This document shows, piece by piece, positions 38,809 through 48,565 of a DNA stretch of 64,000 nt. The notes below the pieces were generated by a model. It saw nothing but the letters and a program-made list of their open reading frames with translations. It ran no database searches and was not told the origin of the DNA. The stretch is from an uncultured Chloroflexia bacterium (GTDB lineage: Bacteria > Chloroflexota > Chloroflexia > Thermomicrobiales > Thermomicrobiaceae): positions 16,791 through 80,790 of the forward strand of contig CAVUBN010000014.1 of NCBI GenBank assembly GCA_963739715.1, given 5' to 3'. The position numbers and the translations under genes are program-made. Each line of letters starts with the position of its first letter. Position 1 is the first letter of the stretch.

Positions 38809-39577
38809 ATGCATGAGGGAGCGGGTGCTGGCGATGCGCCTTCACGGCTAGCCGAGGGACATGTCGTTCTCGCTAAGATAGCGGCGAATGAAACGGCAAT
38901 TAGCCAGCTCGACGATCATCCATCACCGGGAGCGAGCAAGGCCGGAGCGTTGGGATCTTGCCTCGACGCGATAGCCGAAGTAACGGTAGATCTAGAGGCT
39001 AAAGCCCATCACAGAGGTTCGTAATGCGAGTTTAGGAAGAGCGTGATGAGCGCGTCGAAAAGGCGGGAAGAGCGCGAGGTCGAAGATCGTCAAATTCATT
39101 AACGACGCACTGCTCGAAATCCAACCCCGCACGGTTGGCATGATCAACGCAGTCGCAAAACAAAGGCGACCACTCACGTTTGCTTATTCAAAAGCCGCCG
39201 GTGCCGAACACCAGATGCAAGGGTTCCATTTCCGGCCAAGGCGCTGAGATCATTACGGCGCTAGACAAAGCAGCGAAGGCATTCCATCAGAAGATTCAAA
39301 CCGCTACACCAGCCATGTTCCAGGAAGTCCTTACCGAGCGCTTTGCTGGCATGGGAGGCCAATATGTTGACCGCTTACGCAAGGTGTCTACGAAAACGCT
39401 CATATCTATCTGAATGCTCGGGTCAAACATGATGGCGATTCCTGGACCATCGATACGATTGATGACGCATGGGAACTGAGAACCAACGCTCCGAAGGCGG
39501 CTAATGTTGCTGCCAGCCTTAGAGCAACGCCCATCAGAACCCGGCGGACCGACTTCGGGGGGTATTCCGAACTATGA
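38809..39577 (+). pseudogene. Degenerate coding region: protein-like segments that hop between three frames
   Basis: Segments 38809-39024 (frame 1), 39050-39247 (frame 2), 39180-39413 (frame 0), 39371-39577 (frame 2). GC looks lower than in the flanks. Confidence 0.3.
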
Positions 39578-39874
39578 GCCGAACCGTTCTTCCATGCGAA
39601 CGGCGGTTGGGGCTACCAGTGCTCTCTGCAGCATCTGCGAATCCGCTCATACGGGACGTCGCGGGGGTCGGCGAGGGCGCGGCAAACGTAGGAATCAATG
39701 CTACCGTAGACTGAAGCGATCAAGCCGATGCAGCAGTATCGCCAGGAGGTCGACCCGAATGTCGCGAAGCACTAGCGCAAGCTATGGACCTGCGGATGGA
39801 TACAGGGATGCCAACCTCTGCCGGTGGCGCAGCCCCAACACCGAGGAGGGCAAACCAAGTTGGATGTAGCGGCG

Positions 39875-40249
39875 TCAATGCGTATTGTGGTATGAGATGG
39901 ATTCCCAGCGCGTCGCGCTGACGTCGTCATGGCGTAGCACGCGCGGAGCAACGCGATCGATACGCACGATTAGCCCGCAGGCCGGGTCAGGACAGGTGAC
40001 GCGGGCATCGCTCTCCATCCAATCGGCTGGGTGATTCTGTCGCTGCTTGGCGGGCAGGAGCGGCAGAACCGAATTGAGCGCGTAGAGGCAGAAGTCGGCG
40101 TTGTCCGGAAGCGAGAGCTTGCCGCTGCGCAGGTGGAAGCGATCGCCGAGAGACATGGCGCAGGTGCACTCACCGTTAATCTCCTCAACGACGACATCCA
40201 GATCGTAAAGCGTGAATTCATCTTCACGCCGCGTCTCGTCCTGGCCCAT
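39875..40249 (-). CDS. TIGR04076-like small Cys-containing protein
   Basis: ATG 40249 behind GAGGGAG. CTCAMSLGDRF...FCLYALNSVLPLLPA...VTCPDPACGLIVRIDR pattern. Confidence 0.7.
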   Translation of the reverse strand: MGQDETRREDEFTLYDLDVVVEEINGECTCAMSLGDRFHLRSGKLSLPDNADFCLYALNSVLPLLPAKQRQNHPADWMESDARVTCPDPACGLIVRIDRVAPRVLRHDDVSATRWESISYHNTH

Positions 40250-40292
40250 CTTCACTCCCTCGTTCATAACGTATCGCGAATGATGCTTCTAG

Positions 40293-41273
40293 CTAATCCC
40301 TCACGCGTAGCGCCGGTAGGACGCGCTCTCCAAGGAGTCGCAGACCTTCATTCTCGTTAAGGCCATGTGGCGTCCCGAACTCGATCCGGTCGACACCCGC
40401 CTCGAACAGCTCGAGCGCCTGGTCAGCCACCTCCTCAGGCGTCCCGGCGAACGCGATGCGCCGCAACAGCTCGTCGGAAATGTAGCGGCCAGCGGTGTCG
40501 AAGTCGTATGCCGCAGCGGCTTGACGGATCCCACTCAGAATCTCAGGATCAATATCGAGCTTCGGCCCGAGCTCGGCGACAACCGGCAGATAGAGAGCAA
40601 CTTCACGACGTGCCAGCGCGCGGGCCCGTGCGCCATCTTCGTCCACCACCGTGACCGCTCCCACGACCAATCCGACCGTCACGTCCCCAGTCCGCGCGCG
40701 AAACCAGGCTGCTACGTCCGGATTAGCGGTACCACCCAGCTTGACTTCTTCCACAAACGGCAGACCCTCACGAAGCATACGCGGGCCCCAGCTACCGAGC
40801 AGAAACGGAATATCGGGTCGAATCGCCTCCCAGCGAAGCGCATCGCCACCGGATACGCTGAAGATCTCCCCCTTCAACGGTGACCTAACACGCTGAAGCA
40901 GGTGCCGCACGCAAGCCATTGCTTCTTTGACGGCCGCCACCGGGCTCTCCGGCTCAAGCCCGACAAAGTCGAGCCAGGCACCACGGGCGAAGCCGAGATA
41001 GGCGCGTCCCTGAGAGGCTTCATCGATCAAGGCGATATTGGCAGCGATGTTGACCGGGTGGCAGGTGAACGGATTGACCGCGGCCGGACCGATCCGCACC
41101 CGGCTCGTATGGCGCGCAATCTCCAACAATGGCAGCCAAGCTGGTTGATAGAGCATGTCATTGAAGACACTGACTCCGTCGAAGCCATACTGCTCGGCGG
41201 TCGCCGCCAGCGATCCATATGCCGTTAACGGCTTATTCGTCTGAAACGCAATGCTAACCGAACGTGATCTCAC
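40293..41273 (-). CDS. LLM-class (luciferase-like, probably F420-dependent) oxidoreductase
   Basis: GFDGVSVFNDMLYQPAWL, IGPAAVNPFTCHP, GTPEEVADQALELFEAGVDRIEFG. Confidence 0.85.
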   Translation of the reverse strand: MRSRSVSIAFQTNKPLTAYGSLAATAEQYGFDGVSVFNDMLYQPAWLPLLEIARHTSRVRIGPAAVNPFTCHPVNIAANIALIDEASQGRAYLGFARGAWLDFVGLEPESPVAAVKEAMACVRHLLQRVRSPLKGEIFSVSGGDALRWEAIRPDIPFLLGSWGPRMLREGLPFVEEVKLGGTANPDVAAWFRARTGDVTVGLVVGAVTVVDEDGARARALARREVALYLPVVAELGPKLDIDPEILSGIRQAAAAYDFDTAGRYISDELLRRIAFAGTPEEVADQALELFEAGVDRIEFGTPHGLNENEGLRLLGERVLPALRVRD

Positions 41274-41501
41274 CTAACAGCCTCCGTACGTCTCACCCTG
41301 GAAGCGATTCTCAACACCGGCCTGCCGTACATGCGCGACGAGAGTCCACACTAGAGGATGCAGCACAAAACTGCATTTCTGCGGCCTATTGTCTCTCACC
41401 GTTCGTGTCAGAATCAGGGTTTCTCCATAATTGGTCCTGGACCGATTTTGCAACGTGCCCCTTCACAATGCACGTGCTGCGAAGAATCGAGCACCCAAAG
41501 G

Positions 41502-42953
41502 TTATCCCCGCGCTACGTCCGCCAGGTATTGCGCGCGATTGAGCGGATTCAATCCGATGCGAGTTCTGACTGGCACGTCACCGGTCACCGAAACGTGCCC
41601 TGCAAAAGTTGACATCCAGCTTCCATCTCCACGAGTCAAAGATGGAAGCTGTTGCTCGACGGCACGTAGCTCCACAGTGGGAATCTCACAGATAACGCGG
41701 TATGACACGCCTTCAAGAAACGCATTTCGGATGGTCGCACGCGCGTTCACCAATGCTCCGCAGACTGCCCCAAACGTATCCTCCGGAATTTCGAGATCAA
41801 ACTCCTCGACCGGCTCACAGACCTTGGTCCCCGCAGCACGCAAGGCCTGCATCAGCACAAGTGGAGTCAGCTTACGGAAGTCTCCGGCAGTACTCAACAC
41901 CGAGTTAAATCCCGCGGAAGTGAGCGTGACGATACAATCGGTCACCTCCCAGCCATACAATCCCTGAGAGAACGTCTCGTATACCGTCTCCTCGATGGCA
42001 CGGTAAAACGCGAGTGGCAACGACCCGAGATCACGAACATAGCGAACGCCGCTCCCGGGTTCGGCCGGCTCAACGCGAAACGCGACCGTCGCATAGAATG
42101 GATTTGGGGCCTCGAAGATGATCTCGGCACACTCTCCGGTTCCAACCGGACGCTCGATGCAGATTGTCTGGCTGGGTCCGAACGTCACGCCAACGCCATA
42201 TTCTCGCGAAAGCGTCTCCTGCACGACCTCCTTCTGGACCTCGCCATAGAGACGAATCGATATTTCTCCCTCTTCGTTGCGTTGGCGCAGCGAAATGAGT
42301 GGATCTTGTTCCGCAAGTTCTTCGAGTGCCGCTCGTAATTGCGTGACGTCGTTCAGGTCAACCGGGCGCACAACGCTTTCCAGAGACGGCTCTGGAAACA
42401 TCGAGGTGATCTCTCCAACATCCGATTCGTCGACACCGATGCGGTCGCCGATACGTGCTGAACGGAGCCCATGTAAGGCAACGATTTCCCCGGCACTCAC
42501 CGACTCCGTTGGTGAGTCTGTTCCCGCAGCGAAGCAATCAATTCCGGTAATACGCTCGTCAACCTGCTGTATCTCACTGAATACGTCGCGACGCCGTAGC
42601 GCCACACGCTCTCGCACCGCCAGACTTCCCGCGAAGAGCCGGACATAGACGATCTTCTCTCCAGAAGCCCGGCGGACGATCTTGAAGACTTCACCGGAAA
42701 CCGGAACGTCGTTCTCTCTCCCAGCCTCAGGGAACCACTCCTCAATCCCAGCTAAGAGTTCGGGGACACCGGCGCCGGTAATCGCCGATCCGAAGAAGAC
42801 TGGAACGATATTGCACGCCCCTACCTGTTCCCGCAGCTCTGCCCGTAGAAACGAGCTGTCCAGATGCCCTCCGGTACGATCGAACTCCTCGATCACGTTC
42901 TCGCTTGTCTCAGCGAGAAGATCGATCACCGAGTCTCGCCAGCTCGGGCTCAT
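41502..42953 (-). CDS. Tet(M)/Tet(O)/OtrA-type ribosomal protection GTPase, domains II-V (second ORF of a split gene)
   Basis: VPVFFGSAITGAGVPELL, EF-G-like domains. Overlaps the G-domain ORF by 44 nt in another frame. Confidence 0.85.
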   Translation of the reverse strand: MSPSWRDSVIDLLAETSENVIEEFDRTGGHLDSSFLRAELREQVGACNIVPVFFGSAITGAGVPELLAGIEEWFPEAGRENDVPVSGEVFKIVRRASGEKIVYVRLFAGSLAVRERVALRRRDVFSEIQQVDERITGIDCFAAGTDSPTESVSAGEIVALHGLRSARIGDRIGVDESDVGEITSMFPEPSLESVVRPVDLNDVTQLRAALEELAEQDPLISLRQRNEEGEISIRLYGEVQKEVVQETLSREYGVGVTFGPSQTICIERPVGTGECAEIIFEAPNPFYATVAFRVEPAEPGSGVRYVRDLGSLPLAFYRAIEETVYETFSQGLYGWEVTDCIVTLTSAGFNSVLSTAGDFRKLTPLVLMQALRAAGTKVCEPVEEFDLEIPEDTFGAVCGALVNARATIRNAFLEGVSYRVICEIPTVELRAVEQQLPSLTRGDGSWMSTFAGHVSVTGDVPVRTRIGLNPLNRAQYLADVARG

Positions 42954-43473
42954 CGCGATTCGATTCGACGACCTCGGCAGTCAAATCACCGATCCCAATG
43001 GGGATATTCATCGGCACGACGCGCAGATTCAGCTTACGGCCAATATCCCCCAGAAGTGGCTCACCCCGTGCGCCGAGACGATCGATCTTGTTGACGAAGA
43101 TCAGCATCGGGAGATTTGCCGCGCGGATGGCCCGCGCGAGGCGACGGGTCTGCGGCTGCACGCCCTCCACGGACGAGACGACCAGCACGATGCCATCGAG
43201 GACGCGCAGTGATCGCTCAACCTCGGCGACAAAGTCTCCATGGCCGGGAGTATCGATCAGATTGACTTTAAGGTGGTGAAGCTGAAAGGAGACCACCGCG
43301 GATTTAATAGTGATTCCACGGGATCGTTCCAGATCCATCGTGTCGGTTTGAGTCGTGCCTTTGTCGACACTCCCGACCGTCTTAATCACACCAGTTTCGA
43401 AGAGGATACGCTCAGTTAGGCTGGTTTTACCAGCGTCTACGTGCGCCAGGATTCCGATATTGACAATCGCCAT
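42910..43473 (-). CDS. Tet(M)/OtrA-type ribosomal protection GTPase, G domain (first ORF of the split gene)
   Basis: MAIVNIGILAHVDAGKTSLTERIL, SVDKGTTQTD, DTPGHGDF, NKIDR. Very close to the OtrA/TetM N-termini. Confidence 0.88.
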   Translation of the reverse strand: MAIVNIGILAHVDAGKTSLTERILFETGVIKTVGSVDKGTTQTDTMDLERSRGITIKSAVVSFQLHHLKVNLIDTPGHGDFVAEVERSLRVLDGIVLVVSSVEGVQPQTRRLARAIRAANLPMLIFVNKIDRLGARGEPLLGDIGRKLNLRVVPMNIPIGIGDLTAEVVESNRDEPELARLGDRSSR

Positions 43474-43641
43474 GCACCACTCTCTCGTTGAAGACCATTC
43501 CGATTGCTGGATTCTTCAACGATTGCCGCATGGGACTCTCCTTCTGTGTACGCAAGGACATCAACGTCAGCCGGCGGTATCACCATATGCGCCTCAACAC
43601 GACGCGCCGTAGACCAAGAGATCAGACCGTGCCGCATTCTA
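43474..43641 (-). promoter_or_regulatory. Promoter (-10 TAGAAT) and 5' leader with leader-peptide ORF and 9-bp-stem hairpin, copy 1
   Basis: -10 at 43636-43641, RBS GAAGGAGAG at 43536-43544, leader ATG 43531, hairpin CGTTGAAGA-N18-TCTTCAACG at 43486-43521. Duplicated at 47447-47614. Confidence 0.5.
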
Positions 43642-43701
43642 GCAGCGTGGCACGTGATGGCGCTACTATGGTTAGCGATCGCACATCATGTGACCGTAGT
43701 G

Positions 43702-45492
43702 TCAGACCAGCGAAACCGGATCATCCGCATCGTGCCACAGGGAACGCATCTCGGCGCAGGTTTCCAGCAAGAAGGCCAGCGTGCCCTCAGCTTCGACACG
43801 ACCTTCCTTCAACACGACGATATGGTCGGCACGGCGCAGCGCAACACGACGATGAGACACAGCCAGGCACGTCACGTCACCACTCGCCAGCAGGCGCTCC
43901 CACAAGACACGCTCCGTCTCGACATCCAGCGCACTCGAGAGGTCGTCAATCACCAGCAGTTCGGCGCGGCGCACCAACATGCGTGCTGCCGCAGTTCGCT
44001 GCACCTGACCACCGGAGAGCTTGACGCCGCGCGTGCCGACCGGAGTGTTCAATCCGTCCTCCAGTGTCTGCACGTCCTGCTCCAGAACAGCACCACGCAC
44101 GGCGGCGGTCAGCGCAACTGGGTCATCGGGTAACCCCAGGAGAATGTTCTCCTTGAGCGTTTCGCTGAAGAGACGTGGCACCTGCGCCGTATACGCCGCT
44201 CGCGGCGGCAGGAAAAACGAGGCCGGATCGTCTACGATCTGGCCATTCCAGCGAATCTCGCCTGCCTCCCGGGGCAGCAAACCCAAAAGAGCCCGCAAGA
44301 GTGTTGTTTTACCTGAGCCAACACGTCCCGTCACGACCGTCAGCGTTCCTCGCGGTAGCCGCAAATCCACCGCTTCGATACCGCTCCCCGACTGACGGTA
44401 GCGATAGGTCAAGCCGCGCGCTTCCACAACGACCAACGATTCACTGGCATCAAGTGCTGGTGATGGCGACAGGGTCGGTAGAGGGCCGCGTAGATATAGC
44501 GGAGTTGGCGCCAACAGGGCAGCCGGTGGCGCGTCTCCCAACAAGGCGAACATGCGTGAGAACGCGACGCCGGTCTGCTGGTAGTGAGCCAGGAAATTGC
44601 CAAGCCCTTTAGTGAACCCGGCAATGAAACCCAGGTAGGAGATAAACAGGACAAAGTCGCCCACGGTTAAGCTACCGCTGCGCAGGCTTCCGGCGGCCAA
44701 CAACATGATGAGACCGGTGCCTATGCTCACCGCGTTGGCCGTGATAGCGTCCAGAGCCTGCGTCATCAGGCGATCAGAGAGCATAGCGGCCCGGCGCTGC
44801 TCGTTCAGTCGCCGGAAATGGGCCACGATGCGCTCTTCGGCGCCGGCCGCCTGCACCGTTTGGACCGCACCCAGGATATCGCCGATGGCTCCGGTGACCT
44901 GACTTGTAGCCTGGCTGCTGGCGGCACGGTAACGACCAAGCGCGGTGCTGGCACGTCGTGCGATGACTACTACGACCACGAGGGGCAGGAAGACAACGAA
45001 CGTCATACGAGCGTTGATATGCAACAGCACCAGGAACGCCACGATGGCAAACAGACCCGTGCCGAGAATGTCGTCGGCCCAATCCAGGTTGTCCTCGGCC
45101 TCGTGCGCATCGTCGCGAAAACGGCTGATTGTCTCCCCAATGGAGAAGGGAAGCGCAGCGGCGCCCGGTCGATCCAGGACAGACCGCAGCAGGTTGCGGC
45201 GGAGCAGTCCACTCATGATGAACCGCATGACAATTTCGGCCAGGCCACCGGCAAGCCAGAGAGCCGCACTCACCACGGCGATTACGACCAGCATCACGAT
45301 TAGTCCGGTCGTGCCAACGCGAAGGTGCGCCTGACCGGTGAGCGTATCGAAGAAGGCTCGGGCGATCAGCCCCGGCAGCAGGGGCGACAGGTGAATTAGA
45401 CTCCACAATACCGCGTGGGTCAGGGAGATCCGGGGCGAGTAGCGGACCATTGCCAGGAGGTTGCGCCAGGTCGACCGCTCTCGTTCCTTCAT
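43702..45492 (-). CDS. ABC exporter, fused permease/ATPase (half-transporter B)
   Basis: 6 TM helices plus [31 protein letters not shown]. Confidence 0.9.
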   Translation of the reverse strand: MKERERSTWRNLLAMVRYSPRISLTHAVLWSLIHLSPLLPGLIARAFFDTLTGQAHLRVGTTGLIVMLVVIAVVSAALWLAGGLAEIVMRFIMSGLLRRNLLRSVLDRPGAAALPFSIGETISRFRDDAHEAEDNLDWADDILGTGLFAIVAFLVLLHINARMTFVVFLPLVVVVVIARRASTALGRYRAASSQATSQVTGAIGDILGAVQTVQAAGAEERIVAHFRRLNEQRRAAMLSDRLMTQALDAITANAVSIGTGLIMLLAAGSLRSGSLTVGDFVLFISYLGFIAGFTKGLGNFLAHYQQTGVAFSRMFALLGDAPPAALLAPTPLYLRGPLPTLSPSPALDASESLVVVEARGLTYRYRQSGSGIEAVDLRLPRGTLTVVTGRVGSGKTTLLRALLGLLPREAGEIRWNGQIVDDPASFFLPPRAAYTAQVPRLFSETLKENILLGLPDDPVALTAAVRGAVLEQDVQTLEDGLNTPVGTRGVKLSGGQVQRTAAARMLVRRAELLVIDDLSSALDVETERVLWERLLASGDVTCLAVSHRRVALRRADHIVVLKEGRVEAEGTLAFLLETCAEMRSLWHDADDPVSLV

Positions 45493-47240
45493 GAGGAGAC
45501 CTCCTCAGCGGCAACCCTCAATAATCCCGCAAAGTGTGAGGTGGGGTCAGCCGCGAGGTGACCTCGCGGCCCGTGCTCCCGAACCTGCCCGTCCTCCAGA
45601 ACAAGAATGTCATCCGCAAAGGCAATCGTGGACAGCCGATGTGCGACAACGATGCCAGTTCGGCCCTCAAGCAGCCGTCCCAACGCGGTGTGCACCAGCC
45701 GCTCGGTCGCTGGATCAAGGCGCGAAGAAGCTTCATCTAGGATCACCAGGTCCGGATCATGGAGGAAAACACGCGCACAAGCCAGCACCTGAGCCTGCCC
45801 GGCGGAGAGCCCAATCCCTCCGGGACCTAGCATCGTGTCCAGCCCACCCGGTAGCTCTCGCAGCCAGCCGGCTAGGCCGAGCGTATCCAGCACAGCGCCG
45901 ACCCGGTCATCCGGTACGCTACCGTCGAAGAGGGTCAGGTTATCGCGCACGCTCGCGCTAAAGAGATGCACCTCCTGAGTGACCAGCCCGATGCGCGCAC
46001 GAACCGCCGCGATGCGGACGGTACGCAGATCGACTCCTCCCAGCCGCACCTCACCGGCTTTCGGATCGTAGAAGCGCGGGAGTAGCCGTGTGAGCGTTGT
46101 CTTCCCGCTACCGGTTCGGCCCACCACACCCAGCACCCGTCCCGGCTCCAGGCACACACTAACGTCGCGCAGCACCAGATTGCCGTTTGCGTAGCCAAAT
46201 GAGACACCGTCGAGTTCCACGGCCAGCGGACCGGGTGGCAACGAGACGCCGTGTCCATCGACGAGACACGGAGATGTGCTTAGTAGCTCCTCGATACGGC
46301 CTATGCTGGCGTCCGCCTGTTGAAGGTCCTGCGCTTCTCTGCGGATCTGCTCGGACGGCTGACGCAACACCGCCGTGTATTGGAAGACCAGATAGACGGT
46401 GCCGATCGTTAGCTGGCCATCCCTGTACAGCATGGCACTCAGGGCAAAGGCGACTGCCGTGCCAAGCGCAAACAGCCCTTGACTGGTGGCGACCATCGCG
46501 TAACCCCACATCTCAGCCTTGAGCGTCACGGCCAGCCACGACCGCATCACCTCGGCGCATCGGCGCAACACGAAGGCACCCGCTCCGCTCGATCGAACAT
46601 CCTCCATGCCGGCCAGATATTCACCCAGAAAGCCATAGAAATTGGCACTGGCCTGGCGTTCTTCAGCCCAGGATGGGGTGGCAACGACCCGGATTCGCAG
46701 CATAGCCGTCAAGCCCAACACCACAAAGGCAGTCAGGCCCAGACCAATCCGCCAATCCACGTGATAAAGGAGCCCGAGCACCGCAAGTATCAAGATTCCG
46801 TTGCCGAGCACATAGACCACAAACCGAGAGAAGAAGCGGGCCAGTGTGGCGACATCCCCATCGACCCGCTCGATCAGCTCACCCGGCGTATGGGCATTGT
46901 GAAACGATGCATCCAGTCGCAGCAGATGTGTGATCAGGTCGGCACGTAGCGTGTTGGTCGCCGTCCAGGCAACATTCTCGGCCAGGTACGTTTCGGCAAC
47001 GGCCATACCCTGTCCCGCCAGGGAAAGACCCATGGTCAGCAGCGCCAGGAAGATCAGACCGTGTAGAGCCCCGCCGGAGGTAGCCTGGTCGATGAAGCGG
47101 CTCGCCAGCAACGGCGTGACTACCTGAGCGCCGATGAGACCGCCGAGGACAGCGGCGAGAAGAATCATCCGCAACCAGTACGGCCGCAGGTAGTGGGCTA
47201 GCAAGCGCCAGTAACGATGCAGTTCCTGAAAAGGATTCAT
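45489..47240 (-). CDS. ABC exporter, fused permease/ATPase (half-transporter A)
   Basis: [35 protein letters not shown] overlap with the downstream partner. ATG 47240 overlaps the stop of the upstream relic ORF. Confidence 0.9.
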   Translation of the reverse strand: MNPFQELHRYWRLLAHYLRPYWLRMILLAAVLGGLIGAQVVTPLLASRFIDQATSGGALHGLIFLALLTMGLSLAGQGMAVAETYLAENVAWTATNTLRADLITHLLRLDASFHNAHTPGELIERVDGDVATLARFFSRFVVYVLGNGILILAVLGLLYHVDWRIGLGLTAFVVLGLTAMLRIRVVATPSWAEERQASANFYGFLGEYLAGMEDVRSSGAGAFVLRRCAEVMRSWLAVTLKAEMWGYAMVATSQGLFALGTAVAFALSAMLYRDGQLTIGTVYLVFQYTAVLRQPSEQIRREAQDLQQADASIGRIEELLSTSPCLVDGHGVSLPPGPLAVELDGVSFGYANGNLVLRDVSVCLEPGRVLGVVGRTGSGKTTLTRLLPRFYDPKAGEVRLGGVDLRTVRIAAVRARIGLVTQEVHLFSASVRDNLTLFDGSVPDDRVGAVLDTLGLAGWLRELPGGLDTMLGPGGIGLSAGQAQVLACARVFLHDPDLVILDEASSRLDPATERLVHTALGRLLEGRTGIVVAHRLSTIAFADDILVLEDGQVREHGPRGHLAADPTSHFAGLLRVAAEEVSS

Positions 47241-47446
47241 GGGAAGCACCTCGTCTCGTCACGCATACCGAGACGATCGATGGCGTTTACGAATCCGGAC
47301 ACCGTGAGATCTGAAACAACGAGCAGGTTAGACTCGGACTGGTTCGGTTGAAACCAGACCCTTACCGGTTCACTGAGGTTATGTTGTGTGAGACAGGTTC
47401 TACCAGCGTCTAGATGCGCTCGGGCTCCGATATTGACGATCGCCAT
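47237..47446 (-). pseudogene. Relic of the 5' end of a second ribosomal-protection GTPase gene (69 codons)
   Basis: MAIVNIGARAHLDAGRT... and FVNAIDRLGMRDE match MAIVNIGILAHVDAGKT and FVNKIDRLGARGE of the intact gene, with internal deletions. Confidence 0.7.
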
Positions 47447-47614
47447 GCATTACTCTCTCGTTGAAGACCATTCCGATTGCTGGGTTCTTCAACGTCTTCT
47501 GCATGGGATTCTCCTTGGTTATGGTGCCAATGTATCGAAACCGTACAACCTGCGTTGTGGGTCCGTCAAAAACGACGCGCTCTCGAGACGAAACATGAGA
47601 TCTTCTCGGATTCT
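47447..47614 (-). promoter_or_regulatory. Promoter (-10 TAGAAT) and 5' leader with leader-peptide ORF and hairpin, copy 2
   Basis: -10 at 47609-47614, RBS AAGGAG at 47511-47516, leader ATG 47504, hairpin at 47459-47494. The -10 and ATG sit at the same spacing as in copy 1. Confidence 0.5.
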
Positions 47615-47968
47615 AGCAGCATGGCACGCGTCCGCGCTACCGTGAGCGGCGACAGCGTATCCTGACAGAAGTGTTACGCGGGTGAAATCAGATCCTCAAC
47701 ATCCTGATGGCGTTCAGTGATGGTGTCACCACATACGAGTACTTTGAGTTCTGGCGTGCGGGAGAGTGCCTGGAGGACCGCGTCATCTCGACCCGGCTAC
47801 AGCTCTGAACCTGATCACATAGTGACAGGAAACGTTTTGAAGAAGCGCTTCATCCCCAGCCGAGGATGGAGCGCTCACCGGGCTGATCGACGACTGCGAC
47901 ATAATCGACGCCTCGTGAGCAAGGGGAGTTGCCACGGTCTCGCGACGCTCCGCTGTGGGTACCGTTCG

Positions 47969-48565
47969 TCACCAGATGTGGGGAATTAACCGGTAAGGCA
48001 CGCAGCCGCAGTAACCTTGGTACCCGTCAAGGTGGTTCACAAGATATCGTTCTTCATCCGAGAGGCGCCAGATAAGGATACCGAGCAGCGGAAGCACGAG
48101 GACAAGTCCCCACCACGACCCCAGTGCCGGTGGGAAACCGAGAAACACCAGCAGCAGCCCACTATACATCGGGTGACGCACGTAGGCATAGGGTCCGCTC
48201 GAAATCACGGGTTGTTGAGGCTCCACGGTTACGGTGGCCGCTGCAAAGGGATTGGCACGAAAGACCAGCCATAACAGTACCAGGCCACACGCGAACAACA
48301 GATCCCCGAACAGCACAACGGAGGGAGGCACAGAAGACCAGCCGTGATCGTGATCGATCGCCGAGACTGCGGCCAGGGTCAGAATATCGAACTGCAAGAA
48401 CACGACTATGACCTTTTGGATGGGTTCATGCTCAGACAGCGGTCCGCTGCGCAGTCGTCGCAGCAAGAGTGCCGGATGAGTCACGAGGTGGGTGAACAAG
48501 GGAAGGCCGCTCACCACTCCGACGACGAGGAGGACTCTGGCTTGCCACCACGATGACGGGCTCAT
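47969..48565 (-). CDS. ICMT/PEMT-family membrane methyltransferase
   Basis: GPYAYVRHPMYSG...RLSDEERYL motif and 4-5 TM helices. ATG 48565 behind AAGGAG. Confidence 0.8.
   Translation of the reverse strand: MSPSSWWQARVLLVVGVVSGLPLFTHLVTHPALLLRRLRSGPLSEHEPIQKVIVVFLQFDILTLAAVSAIDHDHGWSSVPPSVVLFGDLLFACGLVLLWLVFRANPFAAATVTVEPQQPVISSGPYAYVRHPMYSGLLLVFLGFPPALGSWWGLVLVLPLLGILIWRLSDEERYLVNHLDGYQGYCGCVPYRLIPHIW

Noticed and set aside
44774-45514. Long alternative-frame and antisense ORFs inside the ABC genes, the TPR gene (59790-60751) and elsewhere
   Set aside because: They have Arg/Pro/Gly-rich compositions, lie wholly within strongly supported genes in other frames, and show no motifs. These are GC-rich frame artefacts.
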